DNA of 64,000 nt from a virus: IMG/VR virus record IMGVR_UViG_3300025648_000013; one strand, 5' to 3'. The first letter of the stretch is position 1. Each line of letters opens with the position of its first letter. The notes under the pieces were generated by a model. That model was not told the DNA's origin and did not search any database. It worked only from the letters and a program-made list of their open reading frames with translations. Shown here piece after piece: positions 1 through 10,482 of the stretch. A program made the translations under genes and the position numbers.

Positions 1-1278
1 TCCGAATATTTTACTTTCGAGGTACCCGGCGCAAAGTTTAGTCCAGCTTACCGAAACAGAACCTGGGACGGCCGCATTAGACTCTACCATCTAATGTCGG
101 GCACGTTGTATGCAGGATTGTTTCAAAACGTCCTAGCATTCGCTCGTAATCGTGGATATGATGTCCAGTTTAGTGATGAGTTTAACGAAACACCATTTTC
201 ACTAAGGGAAGCTGAAGATTTTGCTCAATCCTTAAGCCTCCCGTTCGCACCACGCGATTACCAGTTAGCGGCGCTGGCACATGCGGTAAGAAAGACAAGA
301 TCGCTCCTGCTGTCTCCTACCGCTTCTGGTAAGTCATTGATCATTTATATGATCGCACAGTATTACGCTAAAAGAACTCTAATCATTGTACCAACTATTT
401 CTTTGGTTCATCAGTTAGCAGATGATTTTAAGTCTTATGGCTATGATGAACTAGTACACAAGATCACTGCTGGTGCTGACAAGAAAACAAATGCAATGAT
501 AACAGTAAGCACTTGGCAGAGTATTGTCAAGCAATCCAAAGATTGGTTTTCACAATATGATGTTGTAATGGGGGATGAAGCACACTTATTCAAAGCAAAG
601 TCTCTTACAACAATCATGGACAAAATGGTGAATTGCAAACACCGATTTGGATTCACAGGCACATTAGATGGTATTGAAACAAACAAACTTGTATTAGAAG
701 GGTTATTTGGTACAGCAAAGCGAGTTGCATCAACGGCCGATCTTATCGACCAAAAGCATTTAGCGGAACTGAAAATCAAGATTCTTGTTTTGAAGTATGC
801 AGAAGAAGTCCGCAAGGTCAACAAGGACAATGACTATAAACAAGAGATGGATTTTATCGTTGGTCATCAAGGGCGCAACAAGTTTGTTAAAAACCTTGCT
901 CTATCTCTAAAAGGTAATACTCTACTTCTTTTTCAATACGTGGAGAAGCACGGAAAAGAGTTGTATAAATCTATACAGGATGCTGCTGGCGATAGACCTA
1001 TACATTTCATTTATGGCGGTGTTGATGGTGACGTTCGCGAAGAAATACGTAAGCTGGTAGAAACGCAGACAAACACCGTGATATCATTACACTTTGATGA
1101 CTTCATTCTCAAAATAAAAGATGGCCAAAACGTACCTCTAATGGATGGTACAACGAAAAAAGTTGACAACATTACAGAAAATGATGATGTTGACACCAGT
1201 AAATGTATAAGTAATATACAGGCGTCAACATTGATAGGCAAAGTTATATGGACTACACGAGAATCTACGGAGAGTTAG
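1..1278 (+). CDS. uvsW: UvsW helicase, N-terminal fragment (5'-partial) ending in a foreign 67-aa tail (1075-1278)
   Basis: Frame is open from base 1 (SEYFTFEVPGAKF..WDGRIRLY). SF2 motifs SPTASGKS, DEAH and TGT are present. Homology stops at REEIRKLVETQTN. Confidence 0.93.
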   Translation, partial: SEYFTFEVPGAKFSPAYRNRTWDGRIRLYHLMSGTLYAGLFQNVLAFARNRGYDVQFSDEFNETPFSLREAEDFAQSLSLPFAPRDYQLAALAHAVRKTRSLLLSPTASGKSLIIYMIAQYYAKRTLIIVPTISLVHQLADDFKSYGYDELVHKITAGADKKTNAMITVSTWQSIVKQSKDWFSQYDVVMGDEAHLFKAKSLTTIMDKMVNCKHRFGFTGTLDGIETNKLVLEGLFGTAKRVASTADLIDQKHLAELKIKILVLKYAEEVRKVNKDNDYKQEMDFIVGHQGRNKFVKNLALSLKGNTLLLFQYVEKHGKELYKSIQDAAGDRPIHFIYGGVDGDVREEIRKLVETQTNTVISLHFDDFILKIKDGQNVPLMDGTTKKVDNITENDDVDTSKCISNIQASTLIGKVIWTTRESTES

Positions 1279-1919
1279 TACAACGTGGAAAGACTAGATG
1301 CATCAATGTAGATGATTATTATGAAAAACACCACATTGTTCCTAAATGTTTAGGTGGCACTGATGATTCCAGCAATCTTGTGAAGCTAACACCAGAAGAA
1401 CACTATGTTGCCCATCAGCTTTTGATAAAAATGCACCCAAATAATCCTAAGCTGATATATGCGACAACAATGCTAATGTATCATAATAGTGATAGACGTT
1501 TGTGTAATAAAGAGTATGGATGGATCAAAAGATTGCACAGCAAAAATCTTAGTGTATTTTTTAGAGAACAATGGATGAATCTAACACCAGAAGAATATGA
1601 CGTTAGAGTGCATAATATGAGTTGGTCGGAAGAGAGACATAAGCAACACACAGAATATATGAAAAACCGATACTCAGACGAAGTTTTTTATAGTAGATTT
1701 GTCACAACCATGTCGGAAGTGAATGGTGATATAGATAAGAGACAAGACGCTAGCTATAAGTTGAAAGAAAAATGGAAAGATCCTGAATATCTAGAAAAAA
1801 TGAAAAATAGACCAAAAAGAGGTTCTGACGGTAGCAAACTAAAAGAGCGTTGGAAAGATCCTGCATTCAAAGCAATGATGCTAGAGAGAAGAAAGAATAA
1901 GAAAAATGAAACCAAATAA
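1248..1919 (+). mobile_element. HNH homing endonuclease (MobE-like) splitting uvsW
   Basis: EKHHIVPKCLGG..NLVKLTPEEHYVAHQLL. Late promoter TATAAGTA at 1206-1213. Confidence 0.9.
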
Positions 1920-2230
1920 AGTGGGACAGGAGGTTGAACATGGCGCGATTATCGTAGCCAGTTCTGGTACGTTTCTCCACGGGTGTTAATATCAAGAACA
2001 TTCACAATATCATCTTTGCTTCACCAGGCAAGTCCAAGATCAAAACACTTCAGTCTATTGGTCGAGGGTTAAGAAAGTCAAACATAAAAGATTCTGTTAC
2101 TCTTTTTGATATAGCAGATGACCTTTCATGGAAGTCCAAACAGAACTATACTATGCAACATCTCAAAGAGAGAAAGAAGATTTATGAAGAAGAAGAGTTT
2201 GCTTTCAAGATTTATGACATCGACATCTAA
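1906..2230 (+). CDS. uvsW: UvsW C-terminal fragment with an apparent +1 frameshift at about 1972-1975
   Basis: MKPNKVGQEVEHG-AIIVASSGTF, then in the +1 frame STGVNIKNIHNIIFASPGKSKIKTLQSIGRGLRK..FDIADD..YDIDI* (motifs V and VI). Not in the ORF track. Confidence 0.88.
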
Positions 2231-2567
2231 AGAACCTGTTCCAACACACATTCTATTAAAGTTGGTAACAGGAGAGTTGGTAATGTCTAGGTTCGATACC
2301 GAGACTGAAACTGGATATGTTGTTGAGTATCCAATGGTCGCGAATCGCTATTACGACGAAGACACTGGTAAGTTTCAAGCTTATCTTACCTCATTGAATC
2401 CTTTCGATGATGTCAATATTCTCTTTACTTTAGATAAGAAACATGTTATATTCGTATCTAATCTAGAGCAAGAAGTAGTTACATTCTATGAGAAGAATGT
2501 AACAATGAGATATCAATCTGAAGATGATGATCAATCTCTAATACCACTAAGTTCTAGTATTCATTAA
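2214..2567 (+). CDS. hypothetical protein (Sm-like, between uvsW and gene 55)
   Basis: ILLKLVTGELVM beta-strand start; position in the T4-like core. Confidence 0.5.
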   Translation: MTSTSKEPVPTHILLKLVTGELVMSRFDTETETGYVVEYPMVANRYYDEDTGKFQAYLTSLNPFDDVNILFTLDKKHVIFVSNLEQEVVTFYEKNVTMRYQSEDDDQSLIPLSSSIH

Positions 2568-2625
2568 AGCACATTGCTTATTATATACAAGCTGTGGAAA
2601 AAGTCAAGAGAAAAGGGAATATATT

Positions 2626-3195
2626 ATGGCACGACCTAAAGATACCAGCAGACATTATGTTGACAACAAATCATTCTACAATGCACTGATTGATTATCGT
2701 AAGAAAAAGCAAGATGCGCTAGAAGCAGGGTTACCAGTACCAAGAATCCCTGAGTATATTGGTGTGTGTATCTTCAAGATCGCAACTAAGCTAGCCACCA
2801 AGGGTAACTTTGTCAACTATTCTTATAAAGAAGAAATGATTTCAGATGGCATTGAAAACTGCATCAGCTACATGCACAACTTCAATCCAGACAAGTCGAA
2901 CAATCCCTTCGCATACTTTACTCGTATCATATATAATGCCTACGTCCTTCGTATTCAGAAAGAGAAGAAGCAAACGTACATTAAGTATAAGGCCTTTGAG
3001 AATGCGGTGTTAGTCGGTGCTGCTACAGAGTATGGAGATTCGGATAATCCTAACTCTACAGAAATGAATAACACTGATAACATGACCAGCTTTGTGTCTG
3101 ATTATGAAAAGAAAATAGCAGAACGCAAAGCTGAGACCGCAGAGAAAAAGCCAAAGGTGAAAAAAGGTATTGACAAGTTCATAGAAAGTGACTAA
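2626..3195 (+). CDS. 55: gp55 late-transcription sigma factor
   Basis: HYVDNK, IPEYIG, NFVNYSYKEEMISDGIENC, NPFAYFT. Confidence 0.95.
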   Translation: MARPKDTSRHYVDNKSFYNALIDYRKKKQDALEAGLPVPRIPEYIGVCIFKIATKLATKGNFVNYSYKEEMISDGIENCISYMHNFNPDKSNNPFAYFTRIIYNAYVLRIQKEKKQTYIKYKAFENAVLVGAATEYGDSDNPNSTEMNNTDNMTSFVSDYEKKIAERKAETAEKKPKVKKGIDKFIESD

Positions 3196-3403
3196 GATGA
3201 AGACAGACAAAAATAACATTCCCGCAGGCGTAGAAGCCGTTGTGAAGAACCTGTTTGATCCAACGAACAATGTTTATATTCGTGACAACTTCAAGCGCAC
3301 CTTGATGAATATCAGAGACTACTGCGATGATGCGGTAAAGTTCTATGACAAGAAACAAGCACAAGAAGAGTTGGCAAAGCCAAAGAAACGAAAGATTGCA
3401 TAA
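3188..3403 (+). CDS. hypothetical protein
   Basis: ORF packed in the operon. Confidence 0.55.
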   Translation: MTKMKTDKNNIPAGVEAVVKNLFDPTNNVYIRDNFKRTLMNIRDYCDDAVKFYDKKQAQEELAKPKKRKIA

Positions 3404-3404
3404 T

Positions 3405-3476
3405 ATGGCAAACTGGTTTTATCTTGCTGGTAGCGTAATGTTTGCTATAGGTACAATCATTAATATGTGGAGGTGA
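3405..3476 (+). CDS. 23-aa hydrophobic peptide MANWFYLAGSVMFAIGTIINMWR
   Basis: Fills the gap between neighbours; single TM-like segment. Confidence 0.45.
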   Translation: MANWFYLAGSVMFAIGTIINMWR

Positions 3477-3480
3477 GTAT

Positions 3481-3849
3481 ATGAGCTTTTTTGATAGTGA
3501 TAAATGGCGAGAATCGATTCAAATTCAGCAAGAAGCCGAAGATAAGTACGAAGAAGAATGTGACTTGTATTGGGACAATATCTCATATGATGAAAAAATC
3601 AAGTCTTTCTATTCTGTATGTAAACGCATCCGCAAAGGTGATATTAAAGATCAAGGGACATATCGGTATGTTCTTTATGATGTGTTTGGTTTTGGACCTG
3701 ATGCCTATGCAATAGGTATGCAGTGTGGATATATGGCGCTTCATAATTGTATTCTTCCCCCTGAAGATGTGGAAGAATTGTTCAGACTGCGGAGAGAAAA
3801 CGCAGAGATGAAGAAGCTATTGTCTAAACTTGATGATGATGGAAAGTAA
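3481..3849 (+). CDS. hypothetical protein
   Basis: ORF with GGAGG SD. Confidence 0.6.
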   Translation: MSFFDSDKWRESIQIQQEAEDKYEEECDLYWDNISYDEKIKSFYSVCKRIRKGDIKDQGTYRYVLYDVFGFGPDAYAIGMQCGYMALHNCILPPEDVEELFRLRRENAEMKKLLSKLDDDGK

Positions 3850-3852
3850 TAC

Positions 3853-4914
3853 ATGAAGTTTGCTATTATTACAGACCAACATTTCGGTGTACGTGGTGAC
3901 AGTGTTGTGTTTCATGATATGATGGAGAAGTTCTATTCTGAGTTCTTCTTTCCATATCTCATGAAACACAACATCAACCTCATTCTAGATACGGGTGATA
4001 CGTTTGATCGCCGCAAGTACGTCAGTTTCTATACGCTCTCGCGCGCGCGATCATATTGGTTTGACAAGATTCGTGACAACAATATGTCTCTGGTCACACT
4101 GGTTGGCAACCATGTAATTCCTTACAAGAACACTCTGGAAATGAATGCTCTAGACCTTCTGCTATCAGACTATGACAACATCAAAGTGATTTCTAAGCCT
4201 AGCGAAGTAGACTTTGGTTCAATGAAGACGCTGCTGCTTCCTTGGATCTGCGAAGACAATCAGAAGCAAACAATGGATCTGATTAAATCGACTGATGCAC
4301 AAGTTGCATTTGGTCACCTAGAACTTGGTGGTTTCTCCATGTACAAAGGTGATACTGGTCATGAAGGTATGGATGCCAGTATCTTCCAGAAGTTTGACTT
4401 CGTTGGTTCTGGTCACTTTCATCATCGCTCAACAAAAGGCAATGTAACATACTTTGGTTGCCCATATGAAATGACTTGGAGCGACTTCAACGATCCTAAA
4501 GGTTTTCATATCTTTGATACTGAGACTCGCAAGGCGACTTTTGTAGAGAATCCTTTTCGTATGTTCTACAAGTTTGTCTATGATGACTCAAACGCAAAGT
4601 TGACAGACTTTACCGACATTGACTATAGCCCATACAGAAACACATACGTAAAAGTGATCGTCAAGAACAAGAACACTCCCTATTGGTTTGATATGTTCAT
4701 TGATACGATGGAGAAATCTAGCCCAGCAAACATCCAAGTTGTTGATGATAACTTGAATCTCAATCTCGAAACAGATGAAGACATTGTGGATGAAGCAGAA
4801 GATACTTTGACGATTCTGCGGAAATACACAGACAATCTTGAACTGGATGTGGACAAGAAATCTCTTGACAATCTAATACGTTCCTTGTATGATGAAGCCA
4901 TGAGCATCGATTGA
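3853..4914 (+). CDS. 47: gp47 recombination endonuclease subunit (Mre11/SbcD-like)
   Basis: TDQHFG, GDTFD, GNH, GHFH phosphoesterase motifs. Confidence 0.95.
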   Translation: MKFAIITDQHFGVRGDSVVFHDMMEKFYSEFFFPYLMKHNINLILDTGDTFDRRKYVSFYTLSRARSYWFDKIRDNNMSLVTLVGNHVIPYKNTLEMNALDLLLSDYDNIKVISKPSEVDFGSMKTLLLPWICEDNQKQTMDLIKSTDAQVAFGHLELGGFSMYKGDTGHEGMDASIFQKFDFVGSGHFHHRSTKGNVTYFGCPYEMTWSDFNDPKGFHIFDTETRKATFVENPFRMFYKFVYDDSNAKLTDFTDIDYSPYRNTYVKVIVKNKNTPYWFDMFIDTMEKSSPANIQVVDDNLNLNLETDEDIVDEAEDTLTILRKYTDNLELDVDKKSLDNLIRSLYDEAMSID

Positions 4915-4920
4915 GGTAAT

Positions 4921-6639
4921 ATGATTCTATTCAAAGTAGTACGTTGGAGGAACCTGCTTTCAACGGGCAATACCTTTACAGAAGTCAAACTAAATGAAGC
5001 CGCGTCAACTCTGATTGTCGGTGAAAATGGCGCTGGTAAGTCTACCTTTATCGAAGCGATTTCGTTTGCTCTTTATGGTAAACCCTTTCGCAAGATCAAT
5101 AAGCCACAACTCTTGAATGCGATCAACGGCAAGAACTTGCTTGTTGAAATCGAGTTCGCTATTGGTAAGAAAGAGTATCTGGTTAGACGTGGCATCAAGC
5201 CAAACGTCTTTGAAATCTTTGTTGATGGTTCTCTACTGAATCAAGAAGCGAAGTCTGGTGACTATCAGGACGTTCTGGAGAAGAATATCCTAAAGCTGTC
5301 GCATAAGTCATTCTCACAGATCATCACGCTCGGTGCTTCTACCTTTGTTCCTTTCATGCAGTTGCCAGCACAGGCTCGGCGTGACTTCATTGAAGACCTT
5401 CTGGATATCCAGATTTTCTCAACGATGAACAACCTACTGAAGACACGTATTCAAGACAACAAAGATGCACTAAAGGATGCCAACACACAACTGGCTCTTT
5501 GTGAACAAAAGATTGATTTGAATAAGAAGCATATCGAATCACTTCGGCAAAACAATGAAGACTTGATCGACATCAAGCACGGCAAGATTTACGAACATGA
5601 AACTCTGATCGAGACTGCAAATGCCGAGATTGACAAAATCTCCGAACAGATTGACGATTTGAAACTCAATATTGGAGATGAGCAATCTATTACGGATAGA
5701 TTGAACAAGGTCACTACGCTTCACTCTGAGTTGAAGTTCAAACTGACCGATCATAACAAGCATATCAAGTTTCTTCATACTCACGATCACTGCCCGACTT
5801 GTACACAAGACATTGATCCTGTTTTCAAGGAAGAAAATCTAAACACAAAGATTGCCAGTGCAGAAGAGTTAGACACAGCCTTAACTAAACTATCAGAAGA
5901 ACAGGCGAAGATCAATGCACGAATGAAAGAGATTGTTGATATTAGCAATCAAATCTCAGAATATAATGCAGAGATAATAGACCGCAACAACAAGATTCGT
6001 ATGTACCAGAAGTATAACAGCGAGTTGCAGAAAGAGATTGAAGCACTTCGTAATAAGCAGACTAAGGTAGAGACGGATGCTGTTGATCTAAACAAAGCCA
6101 AGAAAGAACTGAAAGACGTTCACACACTTATTGAAGAACTAACCGAAAATCGTTCTTTGTTGGGTACTGCTGCTGTTCTGCTGAAAGATGGTGGTATCAA
6201 GACCAAGATCATCAAGCAATATGTTCCTGTCATGAACAAGCTAATCAACAAGTATCTTGCGGCTATGGACTTCTTTGTCCAGTTTGAACTTGATGAAAGT
6301 TTTGATGAAAAGATTAAGTCGCGGTTTCGTGATGAGTTCTCTTATGCGTCATTCTCTGAAGGTGAAAAGATGAGAATAAATCTGGCTTTACTTTTCTCAT
6401 GGAGAGCAGTGGCAAAACTTCGTAACAGCGCAAGCACAAATCTCTTGATTATGGACGAGGTTTTTGATAGTTCTTTGGATACAAGTGGTACGGACGAGTT
6501 CTTCAAGATTCTAAGCAGCGTAACGGCTGACACCAATGTGTTCATCATTTCACATAAGGGAGCATCACTGATGGACAAATTCACTAACATCATTCGTTTT
6601 GAGAAGCAGAGAAATTTCAGTGTTATGGTTGTCGAGTAG
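4921..6639 (+). CDS. 46: gp46 recombination ATPase (Rad50/SbcC-like)
   Basis: [12 protein letters not shown] hook, FSEGEK, MDEVFD. Confidence 0.96.
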   Translation: MILFKVVRWRNLLSTGNTFTEVKLNEAASTLIVGENGAGKSTFIEAISFALYGKPFRKINKPQLLNAINGKNLLVEIEFAIGKKEYLVRRGIKPNVFEIFVDGSLLNQEAKSGDYQDVLEKNILKLSHKSFSQIITLGASTFVPFMQLPAQARRDFIEDLLDIQIFSTMNNLLKTRIQDNKDALKDANTQLALCEQKIDLNKKHIESLRQNNEDLIDIKHGKIYEHETLIETANAEIDKISEQIDDLKLNIGDEQSITDRLNKVTTLHSELKFKLTDHNKHIKFLHTHDHCPTCTQDIDPVFKEENLNTKIASAEELDTALTKLSEEQAKINARMKEIVDISNQISEYNAEIIDRNNKIRMYQKYNSELQKEIEALRNKQTKVETDAVDLNKAKKELKDVHTLIEELTENRSLLGTAAVLLKDGGIKTKIIKQYVPVMNKLINKYLAAMDFFVQFELDESFDEKIKSRFRDEFSYASFSEGEKMRINLALLFSWRAVAKLRNSASTNLLIMDEVFDSSLDTSGTDEFFKILSSVTADTNVFIISHKGASLMDKFTNIIRFEKQRNFSVMVVE

Positions 6640-7201
6640 CTTGTTTACATTTATCCAAGTGCCATCTAAGAATATTACCCTTAGACGCAATTATTAAACA
6701 ATGTGGACATAACTCTTTAGGTCTATTTTTGTTTGATATCGAGTTTTTTAGTTTGCTTTCGTCGGACACCTTTGTGCCTATCCTGGGCCCTGTTCGTTTT
6801 CTTACTAATTCTAAACTTTGCGGAATGCCTCTTAGTTTCGCTGCTCTTTTTTCTATAGTTTCGGCAGAATGTTTTTTGCCTTTATTTTTCTTGCCAGTTA
6901 TAGAGACTTTGATTTTGTGTTCTTCGCTCATAATTCTTCCGGAACATCCTTCTCCTCCGTCCGTTCTATTGCGAAGAATGCCTGTTCCTAAATCTTTTCT
7001 GCCATACCATCTAATAAATCGACGTTCTAATGCGAATGCCCCAATCTCTGAAAGATTTGTTTCTAGAAAAACTATTTTAGATTTGTCTTTGGGAATAGAA
7101 ACAGAATGTTTTTCGTACATTCTTCTTGATTTCCCTTTACCTATGTAGTAAGGTGTGTTGTCAGATTTTCTGATATATGCATAGACGTAATAAGTATTCA
7201 T
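6623..7201 (-). mobile_element. free-standing GIY-YIG endonuclease with NUMOD3-like repeats (HE1)
   Basis: [32 protein letters not shown]; conserved leader at 7202-7271. Confidence 0.88.
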
Positions 7202-7271
7202 GGCTGGACTCCTTGTACGAGGACTAGAGTGGTTGGATACTGGTAATATCGTGAACCACAATATACTTATA
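7202..7271 (-). promoter_or_regulatory. late promoter plus two-hairpin endonuclease leader, copy 1
   Basis: TATAAGTA..GTGGTT-CAC-GATA-loop-TATC-C-AACCAC-TCTA..AGGAG..CAGCC-ATG. Confidence 0.8.
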
Positions 7272-7295
7272 TAAATTTTAATGTGAGGATTAACA

Positions 7296-7673
7296 ATGAC
7301 TAACTACGAAAAAGTAAAAGAGTTTCATACGGTGTTTGGTCAAGATGCTCCAGATACTCCAGGGTTTCCTGCAAAAGACGTTATTAAACTTCGCATAGAA
7401 CTGATTCGTGAAGAGTTTCAAGAGCTAAAGGATGCTATCAAGGATAAGGATCTTGTAGAAGTTGCCGATGCTCTGACTGACATTCTATATGTCACATATG
7501 GTGCTGGTATTGCTTTTGGCATCGATCTGGATGCTTGTCTAGCAGAAGTGCATCGTAGCAACATGACAAAGCTTGGTAAAGATGGTAAGCCTGTTCATCG
7601 CGAAGATGGCAAGATCATCAAAGGACCTCATTACGAAAAGCCAAATCTTAAGCCAATCCTAGGAGTAAACTGA
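7296..7673 (+). CDS. MazG/PRA-PH-like nucleotide pyrophosphohydrolase
   Basis: [30 protein letters not shown]. Confidence 0.88.
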   Translation: MTNYEKVKEFHTVFGQDAPDTPGFPAKDVIKLRIELIREEFQELKDAIKDKDLVEVADALTDILYVTYGAGIAFGIDLDACLAEVHRSNMTKLGKDGKPVHREDGKIIKGPHYEKPNLKPILGVN

Positions 7674-8188
7674 TGGCTATTCTACCTCTTGTAGATAAGA
7701 ACGATCTTATTCTCAAAACAGAACTTGAATATTTTGATTTCAGCAATCCACCTACTGATCCTATTCAGTTGGCTCGTGATCTAGCTGAGACTATGATTGA
7801 GAACAAAGGCTTGGGGCTTGCTGCGAATCAGGTCGGTCTGCCCTATCGTGCATTTGTCATCAATGGCGAACAGATTCTTGCATGTTTCAACCCAAAAATC
7901 GTTGACTCTTCCGCCGATCAAGTGTATATGTTAGAAGGCTGCTTAAGTCATCCTGGGCTATCTGTAAAGATCAAACGTCCAGCTGTGATCAAAGTTCGCT
8001 TTACTGTGCCTAATGGTGAGACTAGAACAGAAAAGTTTGAAGGGCTAACGGCTCGTGTATTTCAACATGAACTAGATCATCTAAACGGCATTGTCCATAT
8101 CAATCGTGCTAGTGTGATTCATAAAGAACAAGCTTTCAAGCAAATGAAAGCGTTCAACAGAATCAATAAGAAGCTAGCCATCGCATAA
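7673..8188 (+). CDS. def: peptide deformylase
   Basis: GLGLAANQVG, EGCLS, QHELDHLNG. Confidence 0.95.
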   Translation: MAILPLVDKNDLILKTELEYFDFSNPPTDPIQLARDLAETMIENKGLGLAANQVGLPYRAFVINGEQILACFNPKIVDSSADQVYMLEGCLSHPGLSVKIKRPAVIKVRFTVPNGETRTEKFEGLTARVFQHELDHLNGIVHINRASVIHKEQAFKQMKAFNRINKKLAIA

Positions 8189-8201
8189 TACGGAGTACAT
8201 T

Positions 8202-8552
8202 ATGGAAGACAATAAGTCTGTAGTTGATGAGTCTACTGAGTACGAAAGTCTGATTGACTCAAAAGATATCTCTTACGGTGTGTCTACTCTAGATGCATTC
8301 TTATCTGAAGATGAAACTTTGGAACAAGATGATGTGAAGTGGAAGAAGCATTGGGTAGGAATGCCTGAGTTTAAGCAAGAGACTAATCCACCATACAAGC
8401 AGATTTATGTAAGCTTCCGTAACAAGGAAGACTATGAAGAGTTTGCCAAGTTGATCGATCAGCATCTTACTATCAAAACAAAAAGTATCTGGCATCCAAA
8501 GCTAGATCGCGATGCAAACGCGCTTCGTCGATGGATTGAAACTGATGACTAA
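8202..8552 (+). CDS. hypothetical protein, partner of the downstream glycosyltransferase
   Basis: WVGMPEF..VSFRNKEDYEEFAKLIDQ..TKSIWHP; overlaps the next gene. Confidence 0.55.
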   Translation: MEDNKSVVDESTEYESLIDSKDISYGVSTLDAFLSEDETLEQDDVKWKKHWVGMPEFKQETNPPYKQIYVSFRNKEDYEEFAKLIDQHLTIKTKSIWHPKLDRDANALRRWIETDD

Positions 8553-9459
8553 TCCAAAATATCCTGTTTATATCATTAGTAAAGGTCGGCATGAATCAAT
8601 GCTGACCTCTCGCTCATTGGCACGAATGAAAGTGCCACATTACATTGCGATTGAACCACAAGACGAAGCGCTATACGAACAAGCACTAGACAACTTTGGT
8701 ATTCGCGAATATGTAACTCTGCTTGTTGCACCTTTCAGTAATCATGGTGACGGACCAGGGCGTGCTAGAAACTGGTGCTGGGATCATTCTATCTCTATTG
8801 GTGCAACTAGCCACTGGGTAATGGATGACAACATTACAGACTTCTATCGCCTTCATGAAAACAGCCGCATTCGTGTTGAATCTGGTGTAATCTTCAAAGC
8901 TGCTGAAGACTTTGTTGATCGGTATGAAAATGTTCCTATCTCTGGTTTTCAATATCGTTTCTTTATTGCTCCTAATCAGAAGTATCCACCGTTTGTTACA
9001 AACACTCGTATCTACTCCACGTTGCTTATCCGAAATGATTGTAAGCATCGCTGGCGTGGTCGTTACAACGAAGATACTGATATCTGCCTTCGTGTATTGA
9101 AAGATGGTGATTGCACCATTCAGTTCAATGCCTTTCTTCAAGGCAAAGCTGCAACACAGACTGTCAAAGGTGGTAACACTGCTGAGTTTTATCATGCTGA
9201 AGGCACACAAGACAAGGCTCAATGGAGAGATGGCCAGCTTAATCCAGAGGGAACAATCAACAAGTCACAAATGCTCGTAGACATGCATCCAGACGTGGCC
9301 CGCATGGTATTTCGCTACGGTAGATGGCATCATTACGTTGACTATGGTCCATTCAAGAAGAATCAACTAAAACTTAAGTCAGATGTTGATCTAAAGTCTA
9401 TGCCTAAAGTCAACAACTATGGTATGAAACTAGTTCGTTTGAAGAAAGAAGATATATAA
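8545..9459 (+). CDS. GT-A fold glycosyltransferase (TAGT/GREB1-like), candidate DNA hypermodification enzyme
   Basis: PVYIISKGR, ARNWCWD, HWVMDDNI, RGRYNEDTD. Confidence 0.75.
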   Translation: MTNPKYPVYIISKGRHESMLTSRSLARMKVPHYIAIEPQDEALYEQALDNFGIREYVTLLVAPFSNHGDGPGRARNWCWDHSISIGATSHWVMDDNITDFYRLHENSRIRVESGVIFKAAEDFVDRYENVPISGFQYRFFIAPNQKYPPFVTNTRIYSTLLIRNDCKHRWRGRYNEDTDICLRVLKDGDCTIQFNAFLQGKAATQTVKGGNTAEFYHAEGTQDKAQWRDGQLNPEGTINKSQMLVDMHPDVARMVFRYGRWHHYVDYGPFKKNQLKLKSDVDLKSMPKVNNYGMKLVRLKKEDI

Positions 9460-9911
9460 TGCATAAGTGGACTCGGCGTCATTTGGATACGGCTAAGAAT
9501 ATCTCAACTTGGTCAAAAGATCAATCTAAACAGATTGGTGTTGTTGCTATTGGAAAAAACAACAATGTTCTAGCCACAGGCTATAATGGATTTCCAAGAG
9601 GCATCAAAGATGATCATCGTTTGAACGATCGTGAGACGAAGTATAAGTATGTCGTTCACGGAGAAATGAACTGCATCTATAATGCTTGCTTGAATGGCAT
9701 TTCTCTTGACGGAGCCAAACTATACGTGTATGGTTTACCTGTATGCTCTGAATGTTGCAAAGGTATCATTCAAGTTGGCATCAGAACTGTTATTGCAGAA
9801 GTTCCTAAGAATCTGCCTGAATACTGGAAAGAATCCACAAAACTCGCTAAAGACATTCTTGAAGAAGCGGGTGTGATTTATCTGCAATATGAAATGGAAG
9901 GTGAAGAATGA
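9459..9911 (+). CDS. cd: dCMP deaminase
   Basis: TGYNGFPRG, HGEMN, PVCSEC. Confidence 0.9.
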   Translation: MHKWTRRHLDTAKNISTWSKDQSKQIGVVAIGKNNNVLATGYNGFPRGIKDDHRLNDRETKYKYVVHGEMNCIYNACLNGISLDGAKLYVYGLPVCSECCKGIIQVGIRTVIAEVPKNLPEYWKESTKLAKDILEEAGVIYLQYEMEGEE

Positions 9912-10399
9912 GTGAAAGTGATGGATTAAATCCAGTTGGTCTTGGAATAGAAACTTGGGAGGACTTTGTAAGACGGCAGGTAGCAGACAGCCCGTATAAA
10001 CGCCCAATCGACACATATTTGGCAGATGAACTTAATCGTAAAGAAATGGAAAAACACCATAATCAATATACTGAAGAAACTAATGAAGAGTTTTTTCGTA
10101 GAATACAACCATCAAAAATCGATTATAAATACAATGAAGACAAAGCGCTTCAAGAAATCGCCGATTATATCGATAAGACATACGGTGAGCATTACTCCCA
10201 GAACAAGTATCAAGCTACAGAGTTCATCATTGATGGCGGTCACGGAACAGGTTTCTGTATCGGCAATGTGTTGAAGTATGCACAACGATACGGCAACAAA
10301 GGAGGATCACAAGATTGGCGTAAAGATTTGATGAAAGTGATCCATTACGCTATTATACAACTACATGTACATGATCTAGAATATGGAGAAAATCACTAG
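9908..10399 (+). CDS. DUF3310-like (T7 gp1.7-like) putative nucleotide kinase
   Basis: TYGEHY..GFCIGNVLKYAQRYGNKGG..DLMKVIHY. Confidence 0.65.
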   Translation: MSESDGLNPVGLGIETWEDFVRRQVADSPYKRPIDTYLADELNRKEMEKHHNQYTEETNEEFFRRIQPSKIDYKYNEDKALQEIADYIDKTYGEHYSQNKYQATEFIIDGGHGTGFCIGNVLKYAQRYGNKGGSQDWRKDLMKVIHYAIIQLHVHDLEYGENH

Positions 10400-10410
10400 T
10401 CTAGTCTTTA

Positions 10411-10482
10411 TATAAGTAATAGTGTAGGTCGCGGAGACTCCCCAGAATCCCACCTACTCTATTGCTAATATGGAGCAACAGC
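10411..10482 (+). promoter_or_regulatory. late promoter plus two-hairpin endonuclease leader, copy 2
   Basis: TATAAGTA..GTAGGT-CGC-GGA-loop-TCC-C-ACCTAC-TCTA-TTGCT..GGAGCAA-CAGC-ATG. Confidence 0.8.

Noticed and set aside
1075-1944. Canonical split intein or group I intron in uvsW
   Set aside because: No Cys/Ser1, TxxH, terminal HN or nucleophilic +1 residue. The insert is wholly coding, leaving no room for an intron core.
7272-7295. Displaced gp46 end after HE1 (NFNVRI versus NFSVM)
   Set aside because: Too short to distinguish from chance. No displaced regA end was seen after HE3 either.
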